Shown: positions 1-8,493 of the stretch, piece by piece
Layout: the number at the start of each line of letters is the position of its first letter
How positions within the stretch are numbered: the stretch's first letter is position 1
Translations under genes and position numbers: made by a program
NCBI GenBank assembly: GCA_005774545.1
Contig: VAUL01000005.1
Coordinates: 11,489-75,488, forward strand
From: Deltaproteobacteria bacterium
GTDB lineage: Bacteria; Desulfobacterota; Desulfuromonadia; Desulfuromonadales; BM103
Direction of reading: 5' to 3'
DNA length: 64,000 nt
Notes under the pieces: model-generated
The model's input: only the letters and a program-made list of their open reading frames with translations
Databases searched by the model: none
Told to the model about the DNA's origin: nothing

Positions 1-1923
1 CTGGCGGACGAAATTCAAGGTGCCGCCCGCGATCAGGTGTTGGCGCTCCCGTAGCGACACTTCCAGCACGGTGACGATCGGACGACCATTGATCTCGACC
101 GGAATCTCAACGGCGCCTTCTGCCAGCAGCCTGCGGAGGCCCGGCAGAACGATGTGATCGCCGACCCGGATGGAATCGTAGTCGGCAGGATCCCTGAACG
201 TCAGGGGCAGGATGCCGAAGTTGCACAGGTTGGCCTTGTGGATGCGGGCGAAACTCCTGGCCAGTTTGACGCGCACCCCGAGATAGCGCGGAGCCAGGGC
301 GGCGTGCTCACGGCTCGAACCCTGCCCATAGTTGTCACCGCCCACAACCACACCGCCGCCCATCGACCTGATGCGCGCAACAAAACCGGGATCAATCTGG
401 TTGAAGACAAATTCGCTGATCGCCTCGATGTTGGAGCGCAGCGGCAAGACCTTGCTGCCGGCGGGCATGATGCCGTCGGTGGAGATATTGTCGCCGACCT
501 TGATCGCCACCTGACCGGATACCGTATCGGGGAGGCGGTCCAGTTCGGGAAACGGCCTGATGTTGGGACCGCGGAACAACTCGGTGTGCCGCAGTTCCTC
601 GCCCGGAAAGATGAAGGAACCTTCGTCGACCAGATAGCGATCCGGGTCGGTGATCCGCGGATAGGGAATCTCCGCCGCGAGATCGCGTGGATCGGTGATG
701 ACGCCCTTCAGGGCCGCTGCCGCCCCCGTTTCCGGCGAGCAGAGATAGACCTGATCATCCTTGGTGCCGGAACGTCCGGGGAAGTTGCGCGGGAACGTCC
801 GCAGGCTGACCTGTCCCGTCCCCGGGGCCTGCCCCATGCCGATGCACCCCAGGCAGCCGCTCTGATGGATGCGGGCACCGGCCAGCAGCAGCGCCATCAC
901 GCCGCCGTGTTCGTTGACGTTCTCCAGCACCTGGCGGCTCCCCGGGTTGATGTGGAAGGAGACGTCAGGATGAACGTGCCGCCCCTCGACGATCCGGGCC
1001 GTAACCATCAGATCACGAAAAGACGAGTTGACGCTCGAGCCGATAATGACCTGATCGACCTTGATCCCGGCGACCTCCCGTACCGGCCTGACGTTGCCCG
1101 GCGAGGACGGACAGGCGATCAGCGGCTCGACCGTGCCGAGGTCAACTTCCGCCTGCTCGTCGTAGCTGCAGCCCTCATCCGCCTGCAGCCCGACCCAGGC
1201 TGCACCGCGCCCCTGTGCTTCCAGATACTGCCTGGTCCGCTCGTCTGACGGGAAGATCGAACTGGTGGCGCCCAGTTCGGCCCCCATATTGCCGATCGTC
1301 TCGCGATCGGTTGCCGACAGTGTCGCCACGCCGGGCCCGTAATACTCGATCACCTTGCCGATACAGCCCGAAACGCCGTAGCGACGCAACAATTCCAGGA
1401 TCACGTCCTTGGCGCTCACCCAGTCGCGAAGCCGGCCGCTCAGTCTTACCCCGAAAACCAGCGGACAGGGGAAATAGTAAGGATAACCGGCCATGGCCAG
1501 TGCCACGTCCATCCCCCCCGCCCCGATCGCCAGCATGGAAACCCCGGCAGCTCCCGGCGTATGGCTGTCGGCGCCGAGCATGGTCAGCCCCGGTCGGCCG
1601 AAACGCTCCATGTGCGCCTGGTGGGAGATGCCGTTGCCGGGGCGTGAGAAAATCAGGCCGAAACGGGCGCAGGCCGTTTGCAGATACCGATGATCGTCGG
1701 CGTTTCTGAAATCGGTCTGCAGCAGGTTGTGGTCGACATACTGCGCGGCCAGCCCGACTTTCACCCGGTCGATGCCGAGCGCCTCGAATTCGAGCATGGC
1801 CATCGTTCCGGTCGCATCCTGGAGCAGGGTCTGGTCGATCCGGATGCCGATCTCCTCGCCGGCGACCAACCGCCCCTCCACCAGATGAGACGCCAGAATC
1901 TTGCTCGTCAGATTTTGCGGCAT
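1..1923 (-). CDS. aconitate hydratase (aconitase family), partial: C-terminus lies beyond position 1
   Basis: Absent from the ORF track because it runs off the window edge. Hand translation of the reverse strand from ATG at 1921-1923 gives MPQNLTSKILASHLVEGRLVAGEEIGIRIDQTLLQDATGT...GADSHT...QSGCLGCIGMGQAPG...GGDNYGQGSSREHAALAPRYLG, typical aconitase-family blocks. Confidence 0.9.
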   Translation of the reverse strand, partial: MPQNLTSKILASHLVEGRLVAGEEIGIRIDQTLLQDATGTMAMLEFEALGIDRVKVGLAAQYVDHNLLQTDFRNADDHRYLQTACARFGLIFSRPGNGISHQAHMERFGRPGLTMLGADSHTPGAAGVSMLAIGAGGMDVALAMAGYPYYFPCPLVFGVRLSGRLRDWVSAKDVILELLRRYGVSGCIGKVIEYYGPGVATLSATDRETIGNMGAELGATSSIFPSDERTRQYLEAQGRGAAWVGLQADEGCSYDEQAEVDLGTVEPLIACPSSPGNVRPVREVAGIKVDQVIIGSSVNSSFRDLMVTARIVEGRHVHPDVSFHINPGSRQVLENVNEHGGVMALLLAGARIHQSGCLGCIGMGQAPGTGQVSLRTFPRNFPGRSGTKDDQVYLCSPETGAAAALKGVITDPRDLAAEIPYPRITDPDRYLVDEGSFIFPGEELRHTELFRGPNIRPFPELDRLPDTVSGQVAIKVGDNISTDGIMPAGSKVLPLRSNIEAISEFVFNQIDPGFVARIRSMGGGVVVGGDNYGQGSSREHAALAPRYLGVRVKLARSFARIHKANLCNFGILPLTFRDPADYDSIRVGDHIVLPGLRRLLAEGAVEIPVEINGRPIVTVLEVSLRERQHLIAGGTLNFVRQ

Positions 1924-1981
1924 GGGACACCTCCCTGCCTGCCTGCTTCCGCCGCCTTACCTCCCCAAGCTCATCCAATCA

Positions 1982-2188
1982 TCAACGCCACGGGAATTCC
2001 TCCTTGCCGCGAGTGATCTCTTCGCAGTCGCGGAAATCCCAGCAGCGGCTCTCGCCGCTCGAGGTCCTGACCAGCAGATGCTCGCCAGCACAATGATCGA
2101 CAAGGCCATGCTCCCTGCCGTGAACCACCAAAGCGTCACGGCCCTCTTCGCTTTCCATACAGATGAAGTCGAAACGTTTGCGTTCCAT
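1982..2188 (-). CDS. hypothetical small protein (68 aa, Cys/His-containing)
   Basis: ORF preceded by GGAGGGAGAAAGGA 6 nt upstream of the ATG. Lies 58 nt upstream of the aconitase start on the same strand. No family recognised. Confidence 0.55.
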   Translation of the reverse strand: MERKRFDFICMESEEGRDALVVHGREHGLVDHCAGEHLLVRTSSGESRCWDFRDCEEITRGKEEFPWR

Positions 2189-2212
2189 GACGGATGTCCT
2201 TTCTCCCTCCGC

Positions 2213-2419
2213 CTAGCGTTCTTCGGATATATCCCGGACATCCTCAGGCCACCAGGTGGTTACCTCTTCGCCGATCCGCACCAGCATCGCCTCGGGGGCT
2301 TCGAGCCACACACACTGCTGCAGGATGCCGATCTCACCGGTTTTTTCGTTGATGAGGCGCGCCGGCAAATCCTTGTGCTCGGTCCGCTGGCAGGCCTTGA
2401 CATATTCACTGTGGGTCAT
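2213..2419 (-). CDS. hypothetical small protein (68 aa)
   Basis: ORF with AAAGGAG SD 7 nt upstream of the ATG. Tandem with the next small ORF and aconitase. No family recognised. Confidence 0.55.
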   Translation of the reverse strand: MTHSEYVKACQRTEHKDLPARLINEKTGEIGILQQCVWLEAPEAMLVRIGEEVTTWWPEDVRDISEER

Positions 2420-2507
2420 GACTTGTCTCCTTTCAGTGAAATTTTACCACGGCGACCCAACCCCGGGCCACCAGCGGCAAGGGGCGACGGGTTGCCGTCA
2501 CTAGCAG

Positions 2508-2541
2508 CAAAAAAATCGGGCCTCCGTATGCCGGAGGCCCG
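2508..2541 (-). terminator. rho-independent terminator downstream of the DUF882 gene
   Basis: 10-bp stem CGGGCCTCCG/CGGAGGCCCG with a 5-nt loop, followed on the minus strand by TTTTTTTG. Confidence 0.75.
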
Positions 2542-2570
2542 ATGCGTCGCTTCATGATGCGTATTACCGC

Positions 2571-3167
2571 CTACCACTGCCTGACCGGTCCCGAATCGAT
2601 ATGAACAAAACCCTTCCTCGGGTAATAACCGACCCCGCCGTCACGCAGTGACAGGGCCGCGGTCCGCAATTGCCTGACGGGCACGCCGGGCAGGCGCAGA
2701 TCGATGGCTTTCCCCTCGACATGCAGGCTACGCCGGGCCACGCGTCGGCTGCGGTGGCGCAGCTCCTGGTTGGTCTCCACGCTGCGGTAGCCGGAGATGA
2801 CTTCAAAAGGCCGCAGCGCCTCGAAAACGATCCCGAGCGAGAAGATCTGATCGATAACCGTCGGATCGATCAACTTCACTTCGTCGGTACGATGGTCGCG
2901 CAACAGGTAGCTGATTTCATCAAGTGCGCCCTTGAGATAGTTGCCGTCCTGCCAGTAGACAAATCTGGAGAGCATCTCGCCGGTGTTGACGTTGTAGAGG
3001 TTGACGGACCGCTCCGGCAGTTCGGTGATGATTCTGCCGACTTTGGCCCAGGCGTTCCAAGGGGCGAGGAACAAAGCCGAGGCCGCCACCCCCAGCTGCA
3101 GGAAATGCCGTCGTGTCGGCATTGCCGACGTCAGAAAATCACGGGTCGATTTCAACGGGTCGTGCAT
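2571..3167 (-). CDS. YcbK/DUF882 family peptidase M15-like protein with twin-arginine signal
   Basis: Tat motif TRRHFLQLG plus AxA-like cleavage region. C-terminal GYRS...N...SLHVEGKAIDL...GGVGYY...FVHIDSGPVRQW is typical of DUF882. Confidence 0.8.
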   Translation of the reverse strand: MHDPLKSTRDFLTSAMPTRRHFLQLGVAASALFLAPWNAWAKVGRIITELPERSVNLYNVNTGEMLSRFVYWQDGNYLKGALDEISYLLRDHRTDEVKLIDPTVIDQIFSLGIVFEALRPFEVISGYRSVETNQELRHRSRRVARRSLHVEGKAIDLRLPGVPVRQLRTAALSLRDGGVGYYPRKGFVHIDSGPVRQW

Positions 3168-3401
3168 CAGGAAACACCTGTCGATGTGATGGTCTTACGG
3201 GTGCTAAAAGCAAGCAAGGGTCGTTCCAATCCAAGCGGAAAAGTTGAAGGAAAATGGGGGCAGCGGAGAATCGTCAATTATTACCGGCGGATAAAAATTG
3301 CTGGTCAGGAGGCGCAGGCAGGATGCCAGGAGGGGGACCGACAAGGGCTGGCAGGGGATCTGGCAGATCGCCGGATCCCCTGCCCCAAAAAACGCACCGG
3401 A

Positions 3402-3620
3402 CTAAAGCAGCTGGAAGGCGACCTTCAGAACCACCTGGTATTCGGCGATCTTGCCGTCGTCATTGACATGACCGCGAATCTCCTGAACCTCGAACCAGGA
3501 GATCTTTTCCAGAGACTCGTGAGCGCGGCTCACCGCCGCCTGGATGGCCCCCTCGACACTCGTCGCCGAAATGCCGATGACCTCGATCTTTTTGTATACG
3601 CGGTTTTCACCGTATGACAT
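3402..3620 (-). CDS. dodecin family flavin-binding protein
   Basis: MSYGENRVYKKIEVIGISATSVEGAIQAAVSRA...WFEVQEIRGHV..GKIAEYQVVLKVAF matches the dodecin pattern. Start trimmed to the ATG behind GGGAGG. Confidence 0.85.
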   Translation of the reverse strand: MSYGENRVYKKIEVIGISATSVEGAIQAAVSRAHESLEKISWFEVQEIRGHVNDDGKIAEYQVVLKVAFQLL

Positions 3621-3688
3621 AGGACACCTCCCGGGAAATTTCACCATGCCTACAGTTTAACAAACTTCGGGCCCCCCACCAGCCAAAG

Positions 3689-4243
3689 TCATGTCGGAAC
3701 GGCTGGCTTGCCGCCAAAGATTTCGCGATGCACCTTGGCGAATGGCAGGGATTTGTGTGCATGGCCGGCCTTTTTTTCCTGCGGATAGCCGAAGCCGATG
3801 ATGCAATCGACAGCCATGCGCTCCGGCAGGGCGACGATCTCGCGGACATAAGCCTCGGCGGAACCGCCGTCGCCGTGGGGCCGCAGACGAATCTGCGCCC
3901 AACAGCTGCCCAGCCCCAGTGACACTGCCGTCAACTGCATGACGATAGCGGCAATGGCGCAATCTTCGACCCAAACGTCGCAGCGTTCCGGATCGGCGGC
4001 GACAACGATGGCCAGCGGCGCCCGGGCCAGGAATTCCGCCCCGTGCGGTTTCGCCCGGCTCAGCGCCTTGAGCCGCTGCGGATCCGTGACAACCACGAAT
4101 TCCCATGGGCAGAGCCCACGGGAGCTCGGCGCGCGCAACGCCGCCTCGATCAGGAGTTCGATCGTTTCCTGCTCGACGGGCCGTGCTTCGAACTGGCGGA
4201 TGCTGCGGCGTTTTCTAAGGATATCCAGCATAAGTCCGCTCAC
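3689..4243 (-). CDS. nitroreductase family protein
   Basis: LRKRRSIRQF..., APSS.. and the C-terminal IIGFGYP pattern are typical of NADH/FMN nitroreductases. Start is ambiguous (GTG 4243 or ATG 4231). Confidence 0.8.
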   Translation of the reverse strand: MSGLMLDILRKRRSIRQFEARPVEQETIELLIEAALRAPSSRGLCPWEFVVVTDPQRLKALSRAKPHGAEFLARAPLAIVVAADPERCDVWVEDCAIAAIVMQLTAVSLGLGSCWAQIRLRPHGDGGSAEAYVREIVALPERMAVDCIIGFGYPQEKKAGHAHKSLPFAKVHREIFGGKPAVPT

Positions 4244-4953
4244 GCCTTTTCGAGAAAACGCTTGATCACTTCCACCGATTCCATGTCGATCGACTGGATT
4301 TCGACACCGAACCCCTGGGGCAGGCTCAGATTCTTGCGCGGGAACCCCTGATTGACCCAGGCAACCCGCCCCTTGGCGCGCACCCGATGCGGACTGATGA
4401 CCGGGAGGATAAAGCTGACGTCGATGATCTTCTGCGGCGGCACCTCGTCACGGTATTCGATGTAAAGCCCGTGCAGACTGAGATCGACGCCACGCCCCTG
4501 AAAATTCCGCCCGGAAATGGTGAAATCGACGGTCATCTGGCAGGGAACGCGCCGCTCCCGTCGTTCGATATGATACAGGTACCGATGCCCGAGATTGAGA
4601 AATTCCTCGCGGCCGAAGGGCTTCTTCAGGTAGCCGTCACAACCCGACGCCTTGACATCCTCCTCGCTGGCATCGCGATCCGGGGTGAAGATCAGCAGCA
4701 CCGGGATCTTGGCCAGCCGCGGCGTGGCCTTGAGCCGGCGACAGGCCTCGATGCCGTTCATCTCGGGCATCGCCACATCCATGTAGATCAGGTCCGGCCA
4801 TTCTCTGGCCGCCAGGTCAAGCGCCTCCCGCCCATTGGTGGCAAAGAGGATGTCGCCCGGCGTACGGCGAAAGTAGTCGCGCATGACGTCGCGGAAAAAA
4901 GCCACGTCGTCGACAAGCAGGATCTTCATCCGGTTGCTGCTCTCTTCGGTCAT
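4240..4953 (-). CDS. response-regulator receiver domain fused to a PilZ (c-di-GMP-binding) domain
   Basis: The REC domain reads MKILLVDD...DLIYMDVAMPEMNG...KP. PilZ motifs RRERR (RxxxR) and DLSLHG (DxSxxG) are present. Start placed at ATG 4951-4953 behind GGGAG. Confidence 0.85.
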   Translation of the reverse strand: MTEESSNRMKILLVDDVAFFRDVMRDYFRRTPGDILFATNGREALDLAAREWPDLIYMDVAMPEMNGIEACRRLKATPRLAKIPVLLIFTPDRDASEEDVKASGCDGYLKKPFGREEFLNLGHRYLYHIERRERRVPCQMTVDFTISGRNFQGRGVDLSLHGLYIEYRDEVPPQKIIDVSFILPVISPHRVRAKGRVAWVNQGFPRKNLSLPQGFGVEIQSIDMESVEVIKRFLEKA

Positions 4954-4991
4954 ACAGTGAACTCCCGTCAAAATCCGCTTGGACAATCGTG

Positions 4992-5270
4992 TCAGGGCAA
5001 GGCAAGAAGTTCGCGCAGGCGGGCGATCTTGCGTTCGACCGCCGCTGCAACCGTTTCTTCCCCGAGCATGTAGACCAGCTGACCGACCATCAGGTAGACG
5101 TCGGCCAACTCCTCGGCAACCGCCGTCCGGTCAACCCGGCCACGCCGGAGATGCTTGAGGGAAGCGATCAGTTCGGCACACTCTTCCACGGCCTGATCGT
5201 ACTGGGCCTCCTCCCCCCACTTTTGCAGGGTCGCCAGATAAAGTTCCCGGTAGGACATCAGCGGTTGCAT
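4992..5270 (-). CDS. small MazG-like nucleotide pyrophosphohydrolase domain protein
   Basis: About 92 aa, all-helical, EE...E..EL...L and ELADV pattern of MazG/HisE-type NTP-PPases. Start chosen at ATG 5268-5270 (TGGAG upstream). Confidence 0.6.
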   Translation of the reverse strand: MQPLMSYRELYLATLQKWGEEAQYDQAVEECAELIASLKHLRRGRVDRTAVAEELADVYLMVGQLVYMLGEETVAAAVERKIARLRELLALP

Positions 5271-5360
5271 CGAAACTCCAGGCAAGGGGATTGCATTGCG
5301 CACGGTGTGCGATGATGATGCAAAAAATGCATATCGGCAAGCACAAAAAGCGCCGCCGGC

Positions 5361-5525
5361 CTAACGGTCCGGATCGTCGCCCGGTTCCTGTTCCGGCAGG
5401 GTCGTACAAGGCTGCATCGTTTCCAGGCAGAGACCGCGCAACAGGTCGTAAGACAGGCACAACCCCTCACTGACCTGTTTGCGGGGATGCCGGCAGTGAC
5501 TTACATCGATGCCTTTCAGATCCAT
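5361..5525 (-). CDS. hypothetical 54-aa four-Cys protein
   Basis: ATG at 5523-5525 is preceded by GGAGGAGG with a 6-nt spacer. MDLKGIDVSHCRHPRKQVSEGLCLSYDLLRGLCLETMQPCTTLPEQEPGDDPDR. The longer track ORF (to 5666) would run through the hom terminator. Confidence 0.45.
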   Translation of the reverse strand: MDLKGIDVSHCRHPRKQVSEGLCLSYDLLRGLCLETMQPCTTLPEQEPGDDPDR

Positions 5526-5645
5526 CGCGGGCCTCCTCCGGGTGGGGAGAATCGGCTGAACAGCCATCCATAACAACCCGTTTGCAGCAAACCGCGTGCC
5601 ATCGAAATCGGCAAATGGTGCCTGCCCCGCCGCGACGGGATTTAC

Positions 5646-5682
5646 AGAAAAAATGAAGGGCGCCACGACAGGCGCCCTTCAT
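5646..5682 (-). terminator. rho-independent terminator after hom
   Basis: 12-bp stem ATGAAGGGCGCC/GGCGCCCTTCAT with a 6-nt loop, followed on the minus strand by TTTTTTC. Confidence 0.8.
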
Positions 5683-5708
5683 GAGATTGCAGCAGGCCCG
5701 CTCCCGGC

Positions 5709-7019
5709 TTATTCGAGCCCGTCCTCGATCCTGACGAACAGGCTGCTGCCGCGGATCGCCTCGAGCTGGTCGATTTCGCCGATGGCGGCCCGCACATCCC
5801 GTTCAAGCGCTTCATGCGTCATCAGCACAATGGGCACGGCATCCGCCTCGTGGCGCAGGGGCTGAATCATCGATTCGATGCTGATCCGGTAGCGGCCGAG
5901 AATTCCGGCAATCTGGGCGAGAACCCCCGGCTGGTCCTTGGCGAACACCCGCAGGTAGTAGGAACTGACCAGCGCCTCCATCGGCCTGACGGCAAGGCGC
6001 TCGACGGCATCCTGCGGACACCCCATGGCCGGGGTGCGGATGCCGCTTCCCGTCGTCAGGTTGCGGGCAATCGCCATCACGTCGCCCATGACCGCGCTGG
6101 CCGTGGCATCCATCCCGGCACCGTAGCCGTACAGCATGACCGGCCCGACAAAATCACCCTGCAGGCGGACGCCGTTGAAGACCCCGTCGACATTGGCCAG
6201 CGGATGATCGACGGGGAGCATCGTCGGGTGCACGCGCACCTCAATCTCTCCGTCGACCCGCTTGCCGATCGCCAGCAGCTTGAACTTGTAGCCGAACTCG
6301 CGGGCATACTGGATGTCCAGGGCGGTGATCCTGGTGATCCCCTCGGTGTAGATCGACTTGAAGTCGATGCGCGTCCCGAAGCAGAGGCTTGTCAACAGCG
6401 CCAGTTTGTGGGCGGTATCGATCCCTTCGACATCGAAGGTGGGATCGGCCTCGGCATACCCCTTGGCCTGCGCATCGGCCAGCACCCGAGCAAAGTCCTC
6501 CCCTTCATCGGTCATCCTGGTCAGGATGTAGTTGCAGGTCCCGTTCAGAATCCCGAAGACGCTCTGGAATGCATTTACGCCGAGGTTCTCCTTGACGGCG
6601 CTGATAACCGGAATGCCGCCGCCGACAGCCGCCTCGAACATCACGTCGACGCCGGCTTTTTCGGCGGCCCGGAAAATCTCCTCGCCATGCAGGGCAAGAA
6701 GCGCCTTGTTCGCGGTCACCACATGCTTGCCATTGGCAATCGCCCGCAGAACGAAGCTGCGCGCGGGTTCATAGCCGCCGATCAATTCGATGACGATGTC
6801 GATGTGCGGATCGTCGAGGACGGCCGCCGCATCGGTCGTAAGCAGGGAGGATTCCACCGCAACCGGCCGCGGCGTCACGATGTCGAGATCGGCAACGCGG
6901 ACCAGTTCGACCGGGCGGCCGAGGCGGCGGGCAAGCAATGCACCGTTCTGCTGAAAAGCCTTGACCACCCCGCAACCGACGGTACCGAATCCAAGCAACC
7001 CGACCTTGACGATGTCCAT
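5709..7019 (-). CDS. hom: homoserine dehydrogenase
   Basis: GLLGFGTVG NAD-binding N-terminus, a central homoserine dehydrogenase catalytic region and a C-terminal ACT-like domain; 436 aa. Confidence 0.95.
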   Translation of the reverse strand: MDIVKVGLLGFGTVGCGVVKAFQQNGALLARRLGRPVELVRVADLDIVTPRPVAVESSLLTTDAAAVLDDPHIDIVIELIGGYEPARSFVLRAIANGKHVVTANKALLALHGEEIFRAAEKAGVDVMFEAAVGGGIPVISAVKENLGVNAFQSVFGILNGTCNYILTRMTDEGEDFARVLADAQAKGYAEADPTFDVEGIDTAHKLALLTSLCFGTRIDFKSIYTEGITRITALDIQYAREFGYKFKLLAIGKRVDGEIEVRVHPTMLPVDHPLANVDGVFNGVRLQGDFVGPVMLYGYGAGMDATASAVMGDVMAIARNLTTGSGIRTPAMGCPQDAVERLAVRPMEALVSSYYLRVFAKDQPGVLAQIAGILGRYRISIESMIQPLRHEADAVPIVLMTHEALERDVRAAIGEIDQLEAIRGSSLFVRIEDGLE

Positions 7020-7068
7020 TCCTATCCTCGCTTGAATAGATTGAATAAAAACCCTCCCGCCGTGCCGT

Positions 7069-7524
7069 TCAGGCCAGGCGGGAAACCCTGGAGAGGCGAC
7101 AGACGGCGGGACGGCGAAGTCCCGTCAGAGCCTCACGAACAATCCGCTCCGCCTCGCCGGCAGGGATTGCCTCGCTGCAGGGGAGACACAAGCCCAGCAC
7201 ATCCGTGCAGGCCTTGCCGCCGCTTTTCACGATGCGCTCGACCGTCTCCACGTAGTCGTCGCGGTCATGTGCGCGCCAGCGCCCGCAGCCGACCACCAGG
7301 ATCCAGGGGGCACAAAACCGGTGATTCCCCTGGAGGGCCAGCTGCTCACCTTTCCGCCCGGAGAGTTCACCGGCCGTCATCATCCTCGTCAGCAGACCGT
7401 CGAGCCGCCAGTCGACCGCCGCCACCGGACCGTCAAGCGTGCGCACATCTTCATAAAGGGGCACGGCGAGAAGGTCGGCTGGCAGGCGATCCGCCGGCAG
7501 ATCGGCAATCTCCAGGGAGGTCAT
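7069..7524 (-). CDS. M17 leucyl-aminopeptidase N-terminal-domain-like protein (stand-alone)
   Basis: LLAVPLYEDVRTLDGPVAAVDWRLDGLLTRMM..GELSGRKGEQL resembles the Peptidase_M17_N stand-alone family. ATGA overlap with the nusB stop. Confidence 0.5.
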   Translation of the reverse strand: MTSLEIADLPADRLPADLLAVPLYEDVRTLDGPVAAVDWRLDGLLTRMMTAGELSGRKGEQLALQGNHRFCAPWILVVGCGRWRAHDRDDYVETVERIVKSGGKACTDVLGLCLPCSEAIPAGEAERIVREALTGLRRPAVCRLSRVSRLA

Positions 7525-7991
7525 AAGCGGGCGTGTCGTGCCACCTGATCGAGAATGCCGTTGATGAAGGCGGGAGTTTCCTTGGTGCCGAAACACTTGC
7601 CGATCTCGACGGCCTCGTTGATCACAACGTTGCATGGAACGTCGCGGGAGCAGAGCAACTCGTAGGTCGCCATGCGCAAAAGGGCCAGATCGACACGCGA
7701 CATGCGCTCGAGCGACCAGTTGTTCGAGTGGGCCTCGATCATCCGGTCGATGCGCTCGAGCTGCTCCGACACGCCGGCAACCAGATCCTCCGCGAAGCGC
7801 CGCGACTGGGGCGGCAACTCCTCCTGAGGCGAATCCTCCGCCTCACCGAGCAGATCGTTGCGGAAATGGAAGTTGCCCCAGAAATCCGCCAGGACATCTT
7901 CCAAGGTGCCGCCTTCGTGGTCCGGCAGGCTGTACAGGATCTTCAGAGCCAGTTCCCGCCCCTGACGGCGCATCCCCTTCCCTTTGGACAT
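7521..7991 (-). CDS. nusB: transcription antitermination factor NusB
   Basis: RRQGRELALKILYS...ERMSRVDLALLRMATYEL...VVINEAVEIGK.FG. Start trimmed to ATG 7989-7991. Confidence 0.92.
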   Translation of the reverse strand: MSKGKGMRRQGRELALKILYSLPDHEGGTLEDVLADFWGNFHFRNDLLGEAEDSPQEELPPQSRRFAEDLVAGVSEQLERIDRMIEAHSNNWSLERMSRVDLALLRMATYELLCSRDVPCNVVINEAVEIGKCFGTKETPAFINGILDQVARHARL

Positions 7992-7995
7992 TGTC

Positions 7996-8460
7996 TCAGA
8001 TTGCCTTGTAAAGGCTGGCCATCTCGATGGCCGCGACGGCAGCGTCGAACCCCTTGTTGCCGGCCTTGCTGCCGGCACGCTCGATCGCCTGCTCGAGGGT
8101 GTCGGTCGTCAGCACCCCGAAAGTGACCGGAATCCCCGACTCCATCGAAACGGCGGCGATCCCCTTCGAGACTTCGGCGCTGACATAATCGAAGTGCGGC
8201 GTGGCCCCGCGGATGACCGCGCCCAGGCAGACCAGGGCATCGTATCGTCCCGAGGCCGCCATCTTCTGGGCCACCGGGGGGATTTCAAAGGCACCGGGGA
8301 CCCTGACAACGGTCAGGTCGTCGCTGTCGGCGCCATGGCGCACCAACGCATCAAGCGCCCCCTCGACCAGGCGCTCACCGATGAAGCTGTTGAAGCGGCT
8401 CACCAGAATGCCGACCTTCAGCCCCTTGGCATCCAGACGTCCTTCGACGAATTTGGGCAT
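7996..8460 (-). CDS. ribH: 6,7-dimethyl-8-ribityllumazine synthase
   Basis: [10 protein letters not shown]...L..GA...L..HG......[11 protein letters not shown]...LGAVIRG.T.HFDYV. Confidence 0.95.
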   Translation of the reverse strand: MPKFVEGRLDAKGLKVGILVSRFNSFIGERLVEGALDALVRHGADSDDLTVVRVPGAFEIPPVAQKMAASGRYDALVCLGAVIRGATPHFDYVSAEVSKGIAAVSMESGIPVTFGVLTTDTLEQAIERAGSKAGNKGFDAAVAAIEMASLYKAI

Positions 8461-8493
8461 AATCAGTTCTCCTTCGGCGGCAATCGGCCGGGA

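Noticed and set aside
3350-3384. 11-bp GC-rich hairpin downstream of the dodecin gene as a rho-independent terminator
   Set aside because: On the transcribed (minus) strand the T-run precedes the stem rather than following it, so it is not a canonical intrinsic terminator. It may only be a stabilising 3' stem-loop.
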